From: Hormiphora californensis
Taxonomy: Eukaryota; Animalia; Ctenophora
Assembly: GCA_020137815.1 (NCBI GenBank)
Contig: CM035356.1
Location: 7,130,001-7,194,000, forward strand
Length of the DNA stretch: 64,000 nucleotides
Direction: 5' to 3'
The notes beneath the pieces were generated by a model, which was not told the DNA's origin, did not search any database, and saw only the letters and a program-made list of their open reading frames with translations. The translations under genes were made by a program, and so were the position numbers. Of this stretch, positions 1-13,868 are shown in pieces (within the stretch, counting starts at the first letter, position 1; every line of letters starts with the position of its first letter).

Positions 1-769
1 AAAGAAGCTCTGAGTCACAGAAAATTTCAAAATTCAATAACGAAAACAGTACTAGGCGTTCAGGAATTGTCTGAACTTAAACTTTAGTGAACTTTTTTTC
101 CTCAAATTTCAATTTTGCTCGGCGCAGAAGTCATTTCCTACTAGAGCTAAAAATCAGAAATTTCCAAGAAACTGTGGCCCTTGCCAGCGCATAGTGGTTC
201 CAAAACAAGTTCTTGATAGCTAAAAATTTAATTGAAACGATTCTCTTTGCGAATCCATCCATTTTAAACCTTTAAATGGTCTTTTTTGTACTTTGTTTTG
301 GGTTTTAGAAAAATTGCTTCAAAATTGCCACTTTTTTGGGTCGTTTTTCGTCTATTTTTTGTGAACTTTTGTCGATATTGAGCTATGAAACCGGGATTTG
401 CCAACGAATTTCACACGAACGGCTCGGTTAAGTCCAAGAGTAATCCCAACCAGCGTTAAACCAAATTTGGATCATAATAAGGTACCTTAATTGGTCAATA
501 ATTGGCCTTTCGGCGGCGGGTATTTCGAGATATTGAAAATTGGCCCTAATTCCGCAACCAAACAGGTAGCGGCAAAACTAATACCAGTTTTTCTCTTTCA
601 AATTAACTAATTAACTCGGTAGTACCGTCAGTTTGATTCAGGGGGTTGCATAGCGTGGTGTATAGCCTCAGTCCCGATCATTGTGGAACAACCTAATATA
701 ACGCATCATTTCGACAATATCACATAATGAAATAATGTCATGCTGCGATTAGAAACCAAAAAGGACCTA

Positions 770-896
770 AATTAAGCCAAAAACTAATTGAAATTAGTTG
801 GCGGGAAAGGTGACCCACTTACACCTTTGCCTGCTGCCGGGATCAGGGATATAAGATGTGAATATAATGGAATTAGACAGTGAAAGAGAGTGTGAT

Positions 897-973
<77 letters not shown>

Positions 974-1155
974 GTGACAGGGAGACAGGGAGTAGAGAGA
1001 GGGATAGAACGAACAGGAATAAGTTACCCTCGAAAAATAAGAGATTGAGATACCGAGGGATAGAATGAGAGTTCGTGGTGATACCCGGCAGAAGCAAAAG
1101 GTGTAAGTGGGTCACCTTTCCCGCCAACTAATTTCAATTAGTTTTTGGCTTAATT
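770..1155. mobile_element. MITE-like element with ~75-bp terminal inverted repeats enclosing a (GA)n tract
   Basis: 770-845 (aattaagccaaaaactaattgaaattagttggcgggaaaggtgacccacttacacc...) is the near-exact reverse complement of ~1079-1155. No TSD identified. Confidence 0.7.
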
Positions 1156-1197
1156 ATATATATTTGTTTGTTAGTAAACCCTGTTTACCGTTCACAG

Positions 1198-2283
1198 GAA
1201 TCGCAGTTACATTGGGGAATGGTTTAGGTCCCTTTCTTGCTGGTCTCGTGTCGACTCATGTGGGCTGGCGCTACTTTTTCTACATAAATGGGCTCTCTTA
1301 TCTCATTGTCCTGGTGCTGATGATTATTTTCGTGCCTGACTGCCCGCAACATGCCTGGTAAGAGTGAAATCTCCTAGGCTAATAAATTATCTTAACGTAC
1401 GACTAAATCTTAACGTACGACTAAATCTTTTTACAGGGCAATGAGTGAGACTGAAAAAGCATTGTTTGAGAAGAAGCAGAAGGTACTAATTCGCAGCGTC
1501 TCTGAAAACAGGGCAGAGGATGCCCCGAAAAGCATAACATCTAAAATCAAAGACATTCTATCGAGAGTGTACGTGATATCGTTTTGCATTTACGGGTTCA
1601 TGGATGTGTTTCAAATTATAACATTGTTTGTAGTAACACCCTTCTTCATGCATGATATCCTGGATGCCAGCACTGAGTTTATCAGTTATACCACCCTTTT
1701 CGGGGGTCTGGCAACTGTGGCCTGTACTCTTGTGTGCATCGTGACTCTTCCTTGGCTAGATAAGCGATACCCGTGGTTTTGGGTTCGGCTCTGTTTCATG
1801 ACCGTACCCCATATGATACGGACAGTGCTGTTTATCGGGATAGCCTACACATCAAACAAGTGGGCGGTTGCTATCATGGTGATAGCAAATCTAACAACTA
1901 TGGGAACCATCTTCAGTGGATCAATCGTCACCGTCAACTATGAGATAGACCCAAAGAAAGCCCCCATCACCCTGGCGGTCTTCAATGGATTTGGACAACT
2001 ATGTGGGTTCATTGTTCCCCTCCTCAGGGCAGCTATAACTAATGTAGAGAAGCATCTCCCGCTGTATAAGGAGCGGTGGCAGCAGTTCTACTGTTTGACA
2101 GCCCTCACTTCGACCCTAGCCATAATGGCCATACTACTTGGGGTGCAGCTCAGACCGAACGAGTGGAAGAAACACCACTCACTTCTGGCGGAGGAGACGG
2201 TCAAGAAGGAGGTGGAGGTATTCGTAAATCTTGACATAGAACCACAGGGATCAGTTGTCATGGAGAACAAGGCTGCACTGTAA
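1198..2283 (+). CDS. SLC17/sialin-like MFS anion transporter, last two coding exons (5' exons upstream of window)
   Basis: Exon 1198-1357 (ttcacag|...tg|GTAAGA) and exon 1437-2283 (ttacag|g) join as HAW-AMSE. Peptide LGNGLGPFLAGLVSTHVGWRYFFYING...FVPDCPQHAWAMSETEK matches the SLC17 GWxxxFY / DxPxxHxxxSxxE pattern and is followed by about six more hydrophobic helices. Confidence 0.8.
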
Positions 2284-3423
2284 TGAGGACTACTGTGAAT
2301 GAACATGACGTATCAAGTATATAATATGCATGAATACAGAATAAGAATTTGAAGTTTTTAATTTTATTTTGAGACATCACTAGAATATCATTGTTTATAA
2401 AGGTAGCTAGATATATGATAAGTATAGCTATTGCACTCCAGGAAATGGACAAGAAGTGATCTTTTAGACCCCTCGACCCAACCAATTTCAGACTCATTCA
2501 TCCTCATCAATAGGGGTTTCCGCCGGAATTATCATGCCAAACACACTGGATTTTGCGAGAACTTGGGGGATCATGGATCAGAGGGCTCGGCTGGCATTTC
2601 ATTCATGGGTAATGTATACAAATTACCAAGTGACTATAATTTCGAATCGATCCGCGATAACACTCTCAATTATAGTCCTCCCAAATCGTGCTTTGAGCAT
2701 TTATATGGGCAGTATAATTCCTTCACTAAATGGTGCCGATATATATATATTATATAGGGGCCTATCACTAAACGGAAGTTACCAATTAACGCCATGGGGA
2801 AGGTATAATTGGTCTTAATTGGTCTTAATTGATTTATCCCGTATCTTAATCGATTATAACTATCCTTAGGAAAGGAGTCGAGACATCTTCCTCTCGATTA
2901 TCACACACCCCGTCCAGATCTTGAAGAAGGACATGTTAAAGCCGGTCGAACTGGACGGCGTAGAATTTGTTTCATGATCCGGATTCCTCATTTGATGAAC
3001 TTAGGCCGTTGTGGTCCGGACCAACTCAAAACTTAGTCATGTACTTGGTTTTGCTACTTGGTTGATACAAAGTCCTCCAGCTGGGACAGAAATCTCTCGA
3101 TGGTTTCTACTAGCAGAGCGAGATAGTCGGTATAGTCGGCATATATCAGTAAGTTTTTTAAAGAGAGATTGAATCGTGTCATCAAAAAGACACTATCCAA
3201 GATTGTTCTAATGGCAGCTATTATTTACCCTGGCCTAATGCCACTAAATCTATCTCGTATATTAGTGCAATTGTGGTTTCCCGGAAAAGCTGCAATCATT
3301 TATGAGCCACAAAATATCTTCACCACTTTGTACATGGACAATAATAATTGCAATATTACATGGTCTTTTTGAAAGCACTCTATAAAGTAGACCTATTGTA
3401 TCTCTCTCTCTCACTCTCTCTCA

Positions 3424-3511
<88 letters not shown>

Positions 3512-3980
3512 CTCTCTCTATCTCACTCTCTATCTCACTCTCTATCTCACTCTCTCACTCCCTCTGTTTTTTGTTGATATTTTTGTCTGTTTATCGTCCT
3601 GCATTAAATTTACTCCTCACCTCCGGCTGGTGGCCTTCATATCTCTCTCCACTTATCTCATTTAAGAAGTCCCGGTTGCTGCTGGTTGGCCTAGACGGTA
3701 TATTAAAGCTGAAAGCGTCTTCTTCTAATCTGTTCATGTTTTCCAATAACAACACGTACATTATATAATATCGAAATTGCAATTTTAGTTGTACTTCAGG
3801 TAAAGAGTGTGCAATATAATTCCACTAATACACTAATATACCACTAGGCCACACCTAGTCGAACGTTGTCCGATCGTCGATTCATATCGTGTGTGTTTTT
3901 TGTATTATCAGACGGTTCTAATTCTGGAGGTAAATAGATCTGGAATCAGAGATACTAATCCTCTCTGCCAGAGCATTGGC

Positions 3981-5119
3981 CTGGGGCTCTTCGACGAAAC
4001 TTTAAGCACACTTAAAAACGTTGCGTAACTCTCCTTTCACACCTTCTAATTGATTTTCACACCCCTTAAGCATGGTTTGTGTCGACGAAACTTTTTAGAA
4101 ATCTTGCTTAGTGAAAATTGAGGGGTAATAAGTGAAGTTTTACACAAGCTCTCCAAACCTTGCGTAACCCCCTAATCACGTGGTAAAATCACGTGATTTG
4201 GACCAAATTGAAGCGACAATGACGTCATAGTTCACGCAATATCTCACCCAAGTATCGAGAAAAGTGAGGTTTGTTAAGTCTCCTCCAGAGCAGACTTAAT
4301 GGTAGTTAAGACAGCGTTGGCAAGTAAAAGATGCTACAAAACAGTGTATATTTTGCTTTTCGCATGTAGAAAGAAGATAAAATGGCACTCCTTGTCCCCC
4401 ATGGAGCTATCTCTACTCAGCCACAATATTGAGGCACTAGTTTGGGGTTTCAGCCAAGCCCATACACCATCAGTATTACTCTCACAGATGTGGATGAATT
4501 CAGTTGTTTTCCTTCTGGCATGACAAGATGAATAGTGAACTACTACTATACTTTCACTGTTTATCTCTTCATCTAGCAGCCTATCTATTCATCTCACCCG
4601 GCCTAAATAATATTACAAGTTATGAGTGAATAGGTTTGTTGATTTTTCATGATGAACAATCAATATTAGGTCTCTATTTGACCGCTATAACATTCATTGC
4701 CAGCTACTGTAAAAGTACACATAGTTTTGAAGGTTTGAAATTTCTTGAATCTTGACTCAAGATTGTTGAGAAATGGAAGTCAAACTTCTTCTTCACCCCC
4801 AATCTGGTGTGATATCCCGCTAACACTATTGGCTGGTGAACCCTACACGTGACCAAATTGACGCCTGTGTAAACCCATGTAATGGAAATCCTATCACGTG
4901 TCCAGTTTCGATCCCCTGATTGGTTGTCTATACCCATACACGAGGGGTGATCCGGGGCTTCACGTGGTATACACGTGGTTCACACCAAGGACCTAAAGTG
5001 AGGTTTTGGAAAGCGTTCGACGACACCCCTCTCGAGACAAGTCTGAAAAATTTTCCATGTGTAACTCTAAAGAGAGCTTATTTATTAAGTGTGCTTAAAG
5101 TTTCGTCGAAGAGCCCCAG
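3981..5119. mobile_element. Non-autonomous TIR DNA transposon (~1.14 kb, GGGG/CCCC termini, possibly Harbinger-like)
   Basis: 35-bp perfect TIR ctggggctcttcgacgaaactttaagcacacttaa ... ttaagtgtgcttaaagtttcgtcgaagagccccag. No transposase ORF; TSD ambiguous. Confidence 0.75.
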
Positions 5120-5684
5120 AACCTATTCTCATTGGCCTGACAGCTAATCCTTGATAATAGTGGTTGATCTTGATTACTGGTTCTGCTGCGGTAATCGTTT
5201 AAGATATCAGTCCAACTCGACTGTAATCTGTACCATTTCTTGAGTTAATTAGACCTTAACTACCAGTTCAAAGATCCGATCTGTACTTTACAAGCCGATT
5301 TGTAACATTTCAAATGCTTGGATGAATCTTTTGCACTGCAGCAGTGCAGCACATTATATGGTTCTTAAGAACTCATATCGATACGGTAACTTACTTGTAT
5401 CCATGAGCTGCTTCATGTGTTATAATAGTTGTAACGTGCCCATATAACAGCTGTGCCATCTTGGATCTTGATACGACTGCAGAACACACTGATACAGGAA
5501 GTTCACTGGCCATTTAATCTTTCGTACGTCCTTATTCGTTCCTTTTAACTCTCCTTTTAGTGTACTTAAGAAGTTTTAATTTGACTTCCTGTTAGCAACT
5601 TTTCACAGCTTTTACTTGAAGAGTGGTATGCACCGAGTCTTCTTATGACACTGTTGATGAAGTTGAACTAGAAATACCAGTGGC

Positions 5685-5793
5685 AATTATTGGTGACACA
5701 GTCACCCTTACAACTCGTGTGCGTAGTGCACCAAAACGAGGCCCCCGAAGCGGGCTGAGTTGCAAGAGGTGACGGCGCCACCAATAGCAATTA
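5685..5793 (-). repeat. Short T-shaped hairpin repeat, copy 1 (family shared with 25798-25948)
   Basis: Its reverse complement aligns with 25801-25940. Outer stem ttggtgac..gtcacc-cttacaactc / gagttgcaag-aggtgac..caccaat carries two small internal hairpins. Confidence 0.7.
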
Positions 5794-7182
5794 CAGCATC
5801 GAAATAAAATCTTGTGTTTACCTTGAGTTTGGGCGGTTTTCTCTTTATTGAGCTTTGAATAGCTGAACGGTTGAAAGTGGCACTCCTCAACATGTGAGAG
5901 AGATAAAGTTTGTAATTAGCGTGATCTCGTACATGTACGTATAGTAACATGTACGTATAAAAACACGTGCCTTTTGGCGCTGAACACGATATAAGTGTTC
6001 ATTTTTCTCGGCAAGATATATTCTATGCTGAAGAGCTATAATTTTTGTAAAAGCTTTTGGCTCTATTGAGTCATAACTGACAACAGCTGAAATAGAGACA
6101 TTGTGGATGTTTTACCAATGCTCTCAATGACCCGCTCCACAGATATGATATGATACTCTAGAAATTGTTTGGCTTTTCTGATAGGATCTCTTGGGTTCTC
6201 ACGGTTACTATAATACTGATATCTAGTTATTGTTTATAATGCCAAAAAAGCTTGTCCGATAGCGTATATATGACTTCTGACCAAGTTGTGGCTGTATAAG
6301 TGACGTTGTAGTTAGTTTGTCTCGGATCTGGCAGGCCTTAATCACCGAAGGACCGATAATGAGAAAATTGATATCAACAGTAATTTCTCTTAGAGATAGG
6401 AGAGAATTATCGTTTAGCCTGCGCCTCCTCGCTATTATACGCTTTGGATTAAACAAATCTTTCCCTTTCTATTTTAGTCCTCTTGGCCTGCTGATAATAT
6501 ACCAGATTCTGGTACACAATATTTCCGGTAATTCGTTTAACAATCGCCCGGTAGAGATCAATGAAATATTATGAAACCCCGGGTATTTGGCCTTATTATT
6601 GTGCAGTGTGTCTTCAGAAAAATAGCCCAAGTTAGTATTCAACATCTGCATGTTTCCGGTTATAGAAGCAGTTGTAGTCTATGCAGATTGAGCTCAGATT
6701 TGATGTGATTGAGTGTGACTGTGTGGTAATGATCAACTATATCATTTCTGATTTCTAGGTTTGTAAATTGTAGATGATTTGTACCAGAAATTAGGCTGAC
6801 CTACGTTCTACAATGTACATTGACGTACAAACTTTACAACGTAGATAAGCTGCTGAGTTCAAACCTTTTTGCAGTTGTTTAGTGTCCTTCCAAAGTTGTA
6901 CTGTTTATACGAGACAGTCAAAATAAGTCAATTCCATAACAGTAGAGAAATAATCCCACAAATTCCCAAGTGATATCACGCATGTTGCGGACCCCCCTGA
7001 TAAGCGCTGACAGCGTCCTGAAGCAGGTCAGGAATTTCCTGTTCAATGGCTCAATATCCTGCTCACCTCCCCCAGAATGCTACAAATACACACAGGTAAT
7101 CAATGCCTCAGGTAGGTATACACACAGGTAGGCGCTATTACTAATGCTACAGGTATACACAGGTAGGCACTAGGTAATGTTA

Positions 7183-9843
7183 TGCTATATGCACTATTAT
7201 TCACTATGAACTTCACCGTAACATACTATGAACTTCACTATTACATACTTTGTTCACACGTCATTTCTCGACTTCTTTATTCAACCGAGTATTTAGAACT
7301 ACCTTTATCAAACCTTCTTTTTGAGTATGTGTTATGTGTGGGAGCGTCAATGGAACTAACTGGATTAAACGAGAAGCATCAACTTATCGTGTGATGGAAG
7401 TGAGAGTGCGAGAGAGTATCTTAGAGTCTATATGTGTGTCTAATACTGAGGTCATTCACTTGACCCGTCCCCACAATAGCAGAAGAAGAGGAAGCACTTG
7501 GTCACCCTGTTTAAACCTTCTCGGAGAACTGATAACCTGATAAATCGTGAGAACCTTGATAATTCACCATCCTGACCTGCATGTCACGCGGGCTATGAGG
7601 ACCGATAATGGCCAGTATTTATACGAGAGCAAGCCACGACATCCTCGGCTTTTTAGCAGCATCCTTACTCCTTTGTCTTCATCTTCCAAACGTTGAGAAC
7701 GTTCTCTCCAGAAGAAGGATGAGCAAGGTGTTGGGGTCTCGACTTCTGGCGATGAATCTGTTACGAGTACTTCGGGTGCACATGAGGCTGCACAAAGTGA
7801 AACTCGATCTGAAACAGAGGGGGTCTCGACTTCTGGCGATGAATCTGTTGCGAGTACTTCGGGTGCACATGAGGCTGCACAAAGTGAAACTCGACCTGAA
7901 ACAGAAGGGGTTCAGAAGAGGACGTCTGGAAGGGAAAGGAAAGAACCGGATAGACTAAATTACTCTAAACTTGGGGGTGAAAACGCCAAAACAACTTCAG
8001 AAACTAACACCACAACTTCTCCTGAAACTGACACACAAACTACGGCTATGAACGAGTCTTCAATGAGTGATCAATTCTTCGATGCGGATGAAGGTGACAC
8101 CACCATGGTGGAAGACAGTTCTATTGAAACAGAAATTGCAACTAGCAGTGAACAAACCGTACCTGAGCAGATGAGTCCAACTCCAAGTCGACCTCGGAGT
8201 TCTTCCATCAGTAATGACAGCCCAGGACGTACATCACTAGAAACGATGAGGGGAACCCAGTTGGATAGGGGCGTGTTCCCGAATGGACGACTCCAAGATG
8301 AACGTGGTGGATCAAGTCGTAATTCTCTTCTCAAAACGCCTGAAAAGTTAATGAAGAAAGGTTGGGGAGCGGTAACAGGAAAGCGGAAAAAGTAACTCAC
8401 TGAGGTAAAGTGTGAGGAGGCTGGTTGGTAACTGGAGAGCGTTGTTATCTGATGAAATTGGAAACCAGTTGCAGTTGAGGAACCTACCAAACCGGTTTTG
8501 GGAGAACATATCCGCTAAAGAACAACACAGGCGTTGGAATGCTATCACAGGTATATGTGTCTGCTACAGAGGGGCACCTTGTATGCTATTGATACTTACC
8601 GAACTTAGTGATCTAAAACTCAATCCCTGTTCTAAACTTAACGGATCAACTTTGTGAATCTCTGGGGAGATTAAACCTCCAGTTGGGAGGAATGTCACTG
8701 TTGGTTGTGACGGGTTGTTGATGAAAACTTCGAAAATCGACAACTGGTGTAGAATAAAACAGGAAAAACTGGAATTGAAACTGCAGTTGAAGAACAAGCT
8801 TGTTCCACTCCTGAGGAACCATCTCCTCGTTTACGTTGTTGCATGGAAAAGATGCTTGGAAATCTTTTGGTTGAACTGGCCGGATAGAACAAACATGGAA
8901 TTGGAAAAACAAATCAAACCAATAACAATCTCAAACTCAATCTTTAACTTCATCTCAAATTCAATTTTGAACTCAATCTCAAAACTCTATCTCAGACTCA
9001 GAATAAACCAAAACTCAAATATAGACTTGGCTTTTAAGACCTTCATCTGGTTCTAAAAACCAGACAAAGCTCTTTTTTGTTGGTAGAAGGATTTGCTATA
9101 TGCACTATTATTCACTATGAACTTCACCGTAACATACTATGAACTTCACTATTACATACTTTGTTCACACGTCATTTCTCGACTTCTTTATTCAACCGAG
9201 TATTTAGAACTACCTTTATCAAACCTTCTTTTTGAGTATGTGTTATGTGTGGGAGCGTCAATGGAACTAACTGGATTAAACGAGAAGCATCAACTTATCG
9301 TGTGATGGAAGTGAGAGTGCGAGAGAGTATCTTAGAGTCTATATGTGTGTCTAATACTGAGGTCATTCACTTGACCCGTCCCCACAATAGCAGAAGAAGA
9401 GGAAGCACTTGGTCACCCTGTTTAAACCTTCTCGGAGAACTGATAACCTGATAAATCGTGAGAACCTTGATAATTCACCATCCTGACCTGCATGTCACGC
9501 GGGCTATGAGGACCGATAATGGCCAGTATTTATACGAGAGCAAGCCACGACATCCTCGGCTTTTTAGCAGCATCCTTACTCCTTTGTCTTCATCTTCCAA
9601 ACGTTGAGAACGTTCTCTCCAGAAGAAGGACAATAGAAACAGAACTCTTTGTGACTACCTTTAGTGCTATTGCAGTGTGCTTATTGGGACCCTTGATTCT
9701 GTCTTACTTATTCTTATTTCGTTTGGTTATCTCTGCCTTTTGAGCATTACCCAAACCTGTCCATACTAACTAATACCTCACACTTCACCCATAACTACAA
9801 TATCCACAAACCCTCGATCCGGCACGTTCCAGTCACTATAACA
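7183..9843 (+). mobile_element. Internally deleted Ty3/Gypsy-like LTR retrotransposon
   Basis: 3' LTR 9094-9843 has TGCTATA...TATAACA termini. Truncated 5' LTR 7183-7719 is identical by eye to 9094-9630. 4-bp TSD GTTA at 7179-7182 and 9844-9847. Internal remnant ORF (~7700-8395) contains KRTSGRERKEPDRLNYSKLGG, resembling the RRSxRxRKxPxRL integrase C-terminal tail, plus a 2x87-bp tandem repeat at ~7733-7908. Confidence 0.85.
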
Positions 9844-10458
9844 GTTACAAGTTACACAGGTAGGCACTATTTGCTATTCATCGGTCAAAGGCTATCAATT
9901 GAACGTATGATCCAAATCCAATGAGCAATGGCCAATGCTCTGGAAGATCACCCGTACTTCCCAGCATAACTTTCATTATTTTCAGGTCGGTAAGGATCAT
10001 GCCTTTCTCCGGGATTCAGTGTCACTGTGCAGTTTCTCAACATGCATATCCCAGTCGGACCTGAGAGGAGGGGAGGTTACTATGCCAACAAAGGCTGATA
10101 TTCTTATGGAGTGGACGGACCTTGAGGTATTAATTGTTGATTAGTCCAAGATCATTAATTGTTTTTAATCATTCAACGTACCCGTGGGCTTAGACTCGAC
10201 TATCGCTCAGTTGGAGTACATCTGAAATTTTGGTTTAAAGATCATGGCTTTGTTCGGATACGGATTTCGGGTTGGAAATATTTGATAAGTGGGGTCCCTA
10301 TCTAACCAACAAAACCCATCATGGGTATCATATTAACAAGATGGGCTCCTTCTAATTCTCTAAGATCAGATATTCTGGAGGGAAAGTCATAGTGGGTGCG
10401 TTTACAACAGTGATCTTTCGCTTTTGTAGACCCACTCACTATGACTTTTTCTTCTCTG

Positions 10459-10613
<155 letters not shown>

Positions 10614-10873
10614 CTTTCGTGATCTTGCTATTGCGGTTAAAACAACAGCAGTATGTCGATTTCAACCTCACCGGACATATTCGTCTTATTTTTATCTAAC
10701 CTCCAATATACTAAAGTAGATACAAATATGGGTTTTCACAGAAACCACTGTCTCCAATTCTCCAATTATATGTGTCGATCATGTTAAATATGATTTCAGG
10801 CGTAAAGTACAAGTTATGTGTTATCTTAGCTTCTCTCTCTATCTCCTTAGCTTCTCTCTCTATCTCCTTTTTT

Positions 10874-10935
<62 letters not shown>

Positions 10936-13758
10936 ACGGATTTCCTTGGTCACTTAAGTAACTTCCTAGTGGAACTATTTCATCAGAATCATTATAGCTT
11001 TAAATCACAATATCTTTTTCACTGTTAGACCGTTTATTGCATCTGTTTGTTCGGTGTGTTTTTCGACAATAACATCTTACTTCTCTTGTGTTTTTGCAAT
11101 GATGGTAGACTGAACGAAGCTAGGTGATGTCACGAAAAAAGTCAGAACTCATGCAGTATGACACCCTGCATCGTATCACCCAGCACCCTACGGCATACAG
11201 CGTCCTTGCTCCTGCCACAAAGCTCCCCTCCAACGTGGTAATCCAAGTCTCGTGTTGTCTGTGTGATAAAACTGCTGAGAAACCTCCACCGTCCTACCAT
11301 CCGTGGACACCTACTAGGGAGGAGAGGAAGGTTATGAAGGGGGCCATCCAACTTCCCCCACCTCGTGTAACTACCTTAGCAGACAAGGGATATAGCCTCA
11401 ACCCTACCGAGGTAATTAATTAATGAAAATGAAGTACTTAATTACTTAATTAATTAATTAATCAGAGTTTTAGTCATGTTTTAGTCAGGTTTAGAACATG
11501 TTTCAAACTGCGAGAGTTGACAATACAACGTGTAAGCTTTCATTTCATGCAATATTATGTCCAATGTCCATTCTCAGTTGTATATTTTACTTAGCTGATG
11601 ACGGTTATAGTGGCTTGACATATATTATTGATTAAACACGATATCCAATATTTATTATAAAGTGTAACACTTCATATATTTCATCTTTGACTTTTGAGGA
11701 TTACTTTAGATGTGTCAGTCTTTGTTTCTAGAAAACTCTCAAAAGCATCTTCCAGCATCAGGTTGTCCCATTGTGAAGAAAACAACGAGTATACTAATCA
11801 GGTCAATGCTATTATGTCCCATTGTGATTGGCTCATACATGCAGATGTAATTATATATCGAACCATAACAGTAGATCATGTGTAGTGATTATGTCTTAAC
11901 ATGTGTACATTTCAAGATATTTTCATTCAAGGAGAAATGAGATATATTTGCCACTTTGTTCATGAACAGATCTGGATTATAGACTATAAATTTCACAGAG
12001 CAAGCATCCTTTTGCTATTGTGCCAGTCGTTGTTAATTGTTTCCATTATTAAGTAATCAACAGATATACGATAATCTTTCATTGGCCACTAATCACATTG
12101 AGCAAATCAAAAAGTTATTGTTCATTGGACACGATTACAATTCATTACGCGGTCATTTGTAATTGCATCTATCTTGTAGTTTCCTTCCGGTCATCTTCCT
12201 ACTAATGACCTTCAGAATCTCCACTGTAGCTTTCTTCAGTCATGTATATAGGACCACTATGCACTATAATAATTATAGTATAACTTTTATACTAAGAAAC
12301 TTTCTTTGTTCATGTTTTTGTTAGATCAGCTCTAATTAAGTCCCTTTGCAGCTTGGAAGTTAGCCGAGAGTTCATGACATACAACTGTCTGTAGTACGGT
12401 CACTACATACTCCGTAGAAATGGCCGCGTTTAGGCTTTTCCGACTCATATACTAAGGGTCATTACAGGGCATTCATGTCATGTGTATCTCAGATCAGTTA
12501 GTGTTGTTTAAAGTCAAGCGAGGAGCAACTACCTTACGACTTCAGTGCTCATAAGATCATGATTTATACCAAATGATTCATTAAATGTATGTATCTTTTA
12601 GCGTCCTCAATTCTTATGTGTTTTTTTTCGACGTCAGCGCGGCTATTTCTCGATCCATGTGGCAGTCCGACTATTGGATGTGACAAGCAACGATAGTAGC
12701 ACTCAATACGGTCCCTTCCTTGACCCCGGTGACTTGCACCGACACTGTCTGTCTTACCCAATCATGATTCACGAGTGTGTGCTACCAATTCGTATGTTTT
12801 ATGTTCATCATGTTCATCATGGCAGTCACACCCTTCAATCACTGACACGTCCCGTATATATGATAAGATCAGAGAAATCATGCCGCCCTTTGTTTATCAA
12901 TAAGAGTTGAATTATGTGCCAACTGTATAACATTGGGGTATTCTGGATTGTGTTTGGCGCCTGAAATTATTATATGTCTTCTTCTATTTAAAATCTATCG
13001 AACCTTTGTGATTGTCCAACAACCAGCCGTGTGTTGTTTGTTATTATGCCGGGAAAATTCATGTGGTTTTGGGTATTGTACATGGGCTGTCCTCCTAAGA
13101 TTTGAAAAGCTTATTTAACACCTGAAACTGCCTGCGGTTTTTTGAAAACACCCAGCTACTTGAGATCCATGTACACTGATGAGTGATGATATATTTTAAG
13201 TGTTTAGACGTGAGAAACCTGTGGTTATATAGAAGTTATACTATCTATCTGTTCCTGTAACGTATGTGTCCAAGGATAAAGTGCTTAACTCGTGGCCGAA
13301 AGCCATAATTGCTGTCTTTATAGGGTAAAACAGAAATGGAATTAGAGAGATGAAGAAGAAGAAGATAGAGACAGAGGTAAAGAGAGAGATAGAAAATGAT
13401 AGAGATAGAGAGATAGAAAACGATAGAGATAGAGAGATAGAAAGGGATAGAGATATAGAGAGATAGTAGAGATAGAAAGATAACTCCCTGGCTCTCAACC
13501 ACATTATAGACACACAACCACACACTTCAATTCTTTAAACTGTGTAGTAGTGCGCCTCCAAAATGACTAATTTTCACGTCTTTCAGCACCTTTTTAACAT
13601 TTCTTTTAGAAGCTTAAGAAGTAAGGACTAAATTACAATAATTACAAATGATCGCAGTAATCTTCCGCATTCCTATGTTTTCTAAGGAATGTGGATTATA
13701 AGCGGCGTATGGTTCAGTGCATCGTTTCAGTACTAGCCTGCTTGTGCATTTAATGCTA

Positions 13759-13790
<32 letters not shown>

Positions 13791-13799
13791 ACTCTCTCT

Positions 13800-13868
<69 letters not shown>

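Noticed and set aside
1-650. Probable transposon end at the window start
   Set aside because: Composition is repeat-like but the partner terminus is outside the window, so it cannot be defined.
7183-9630. Direct repeats as Penelope pseudo-LTRs with hammerhead ribozymes
   Set aside because: No CTGAnGA...GAAA core seen; TG..CA ends, a 4-bp TSD and an integrase-like tail fit an LTR element.
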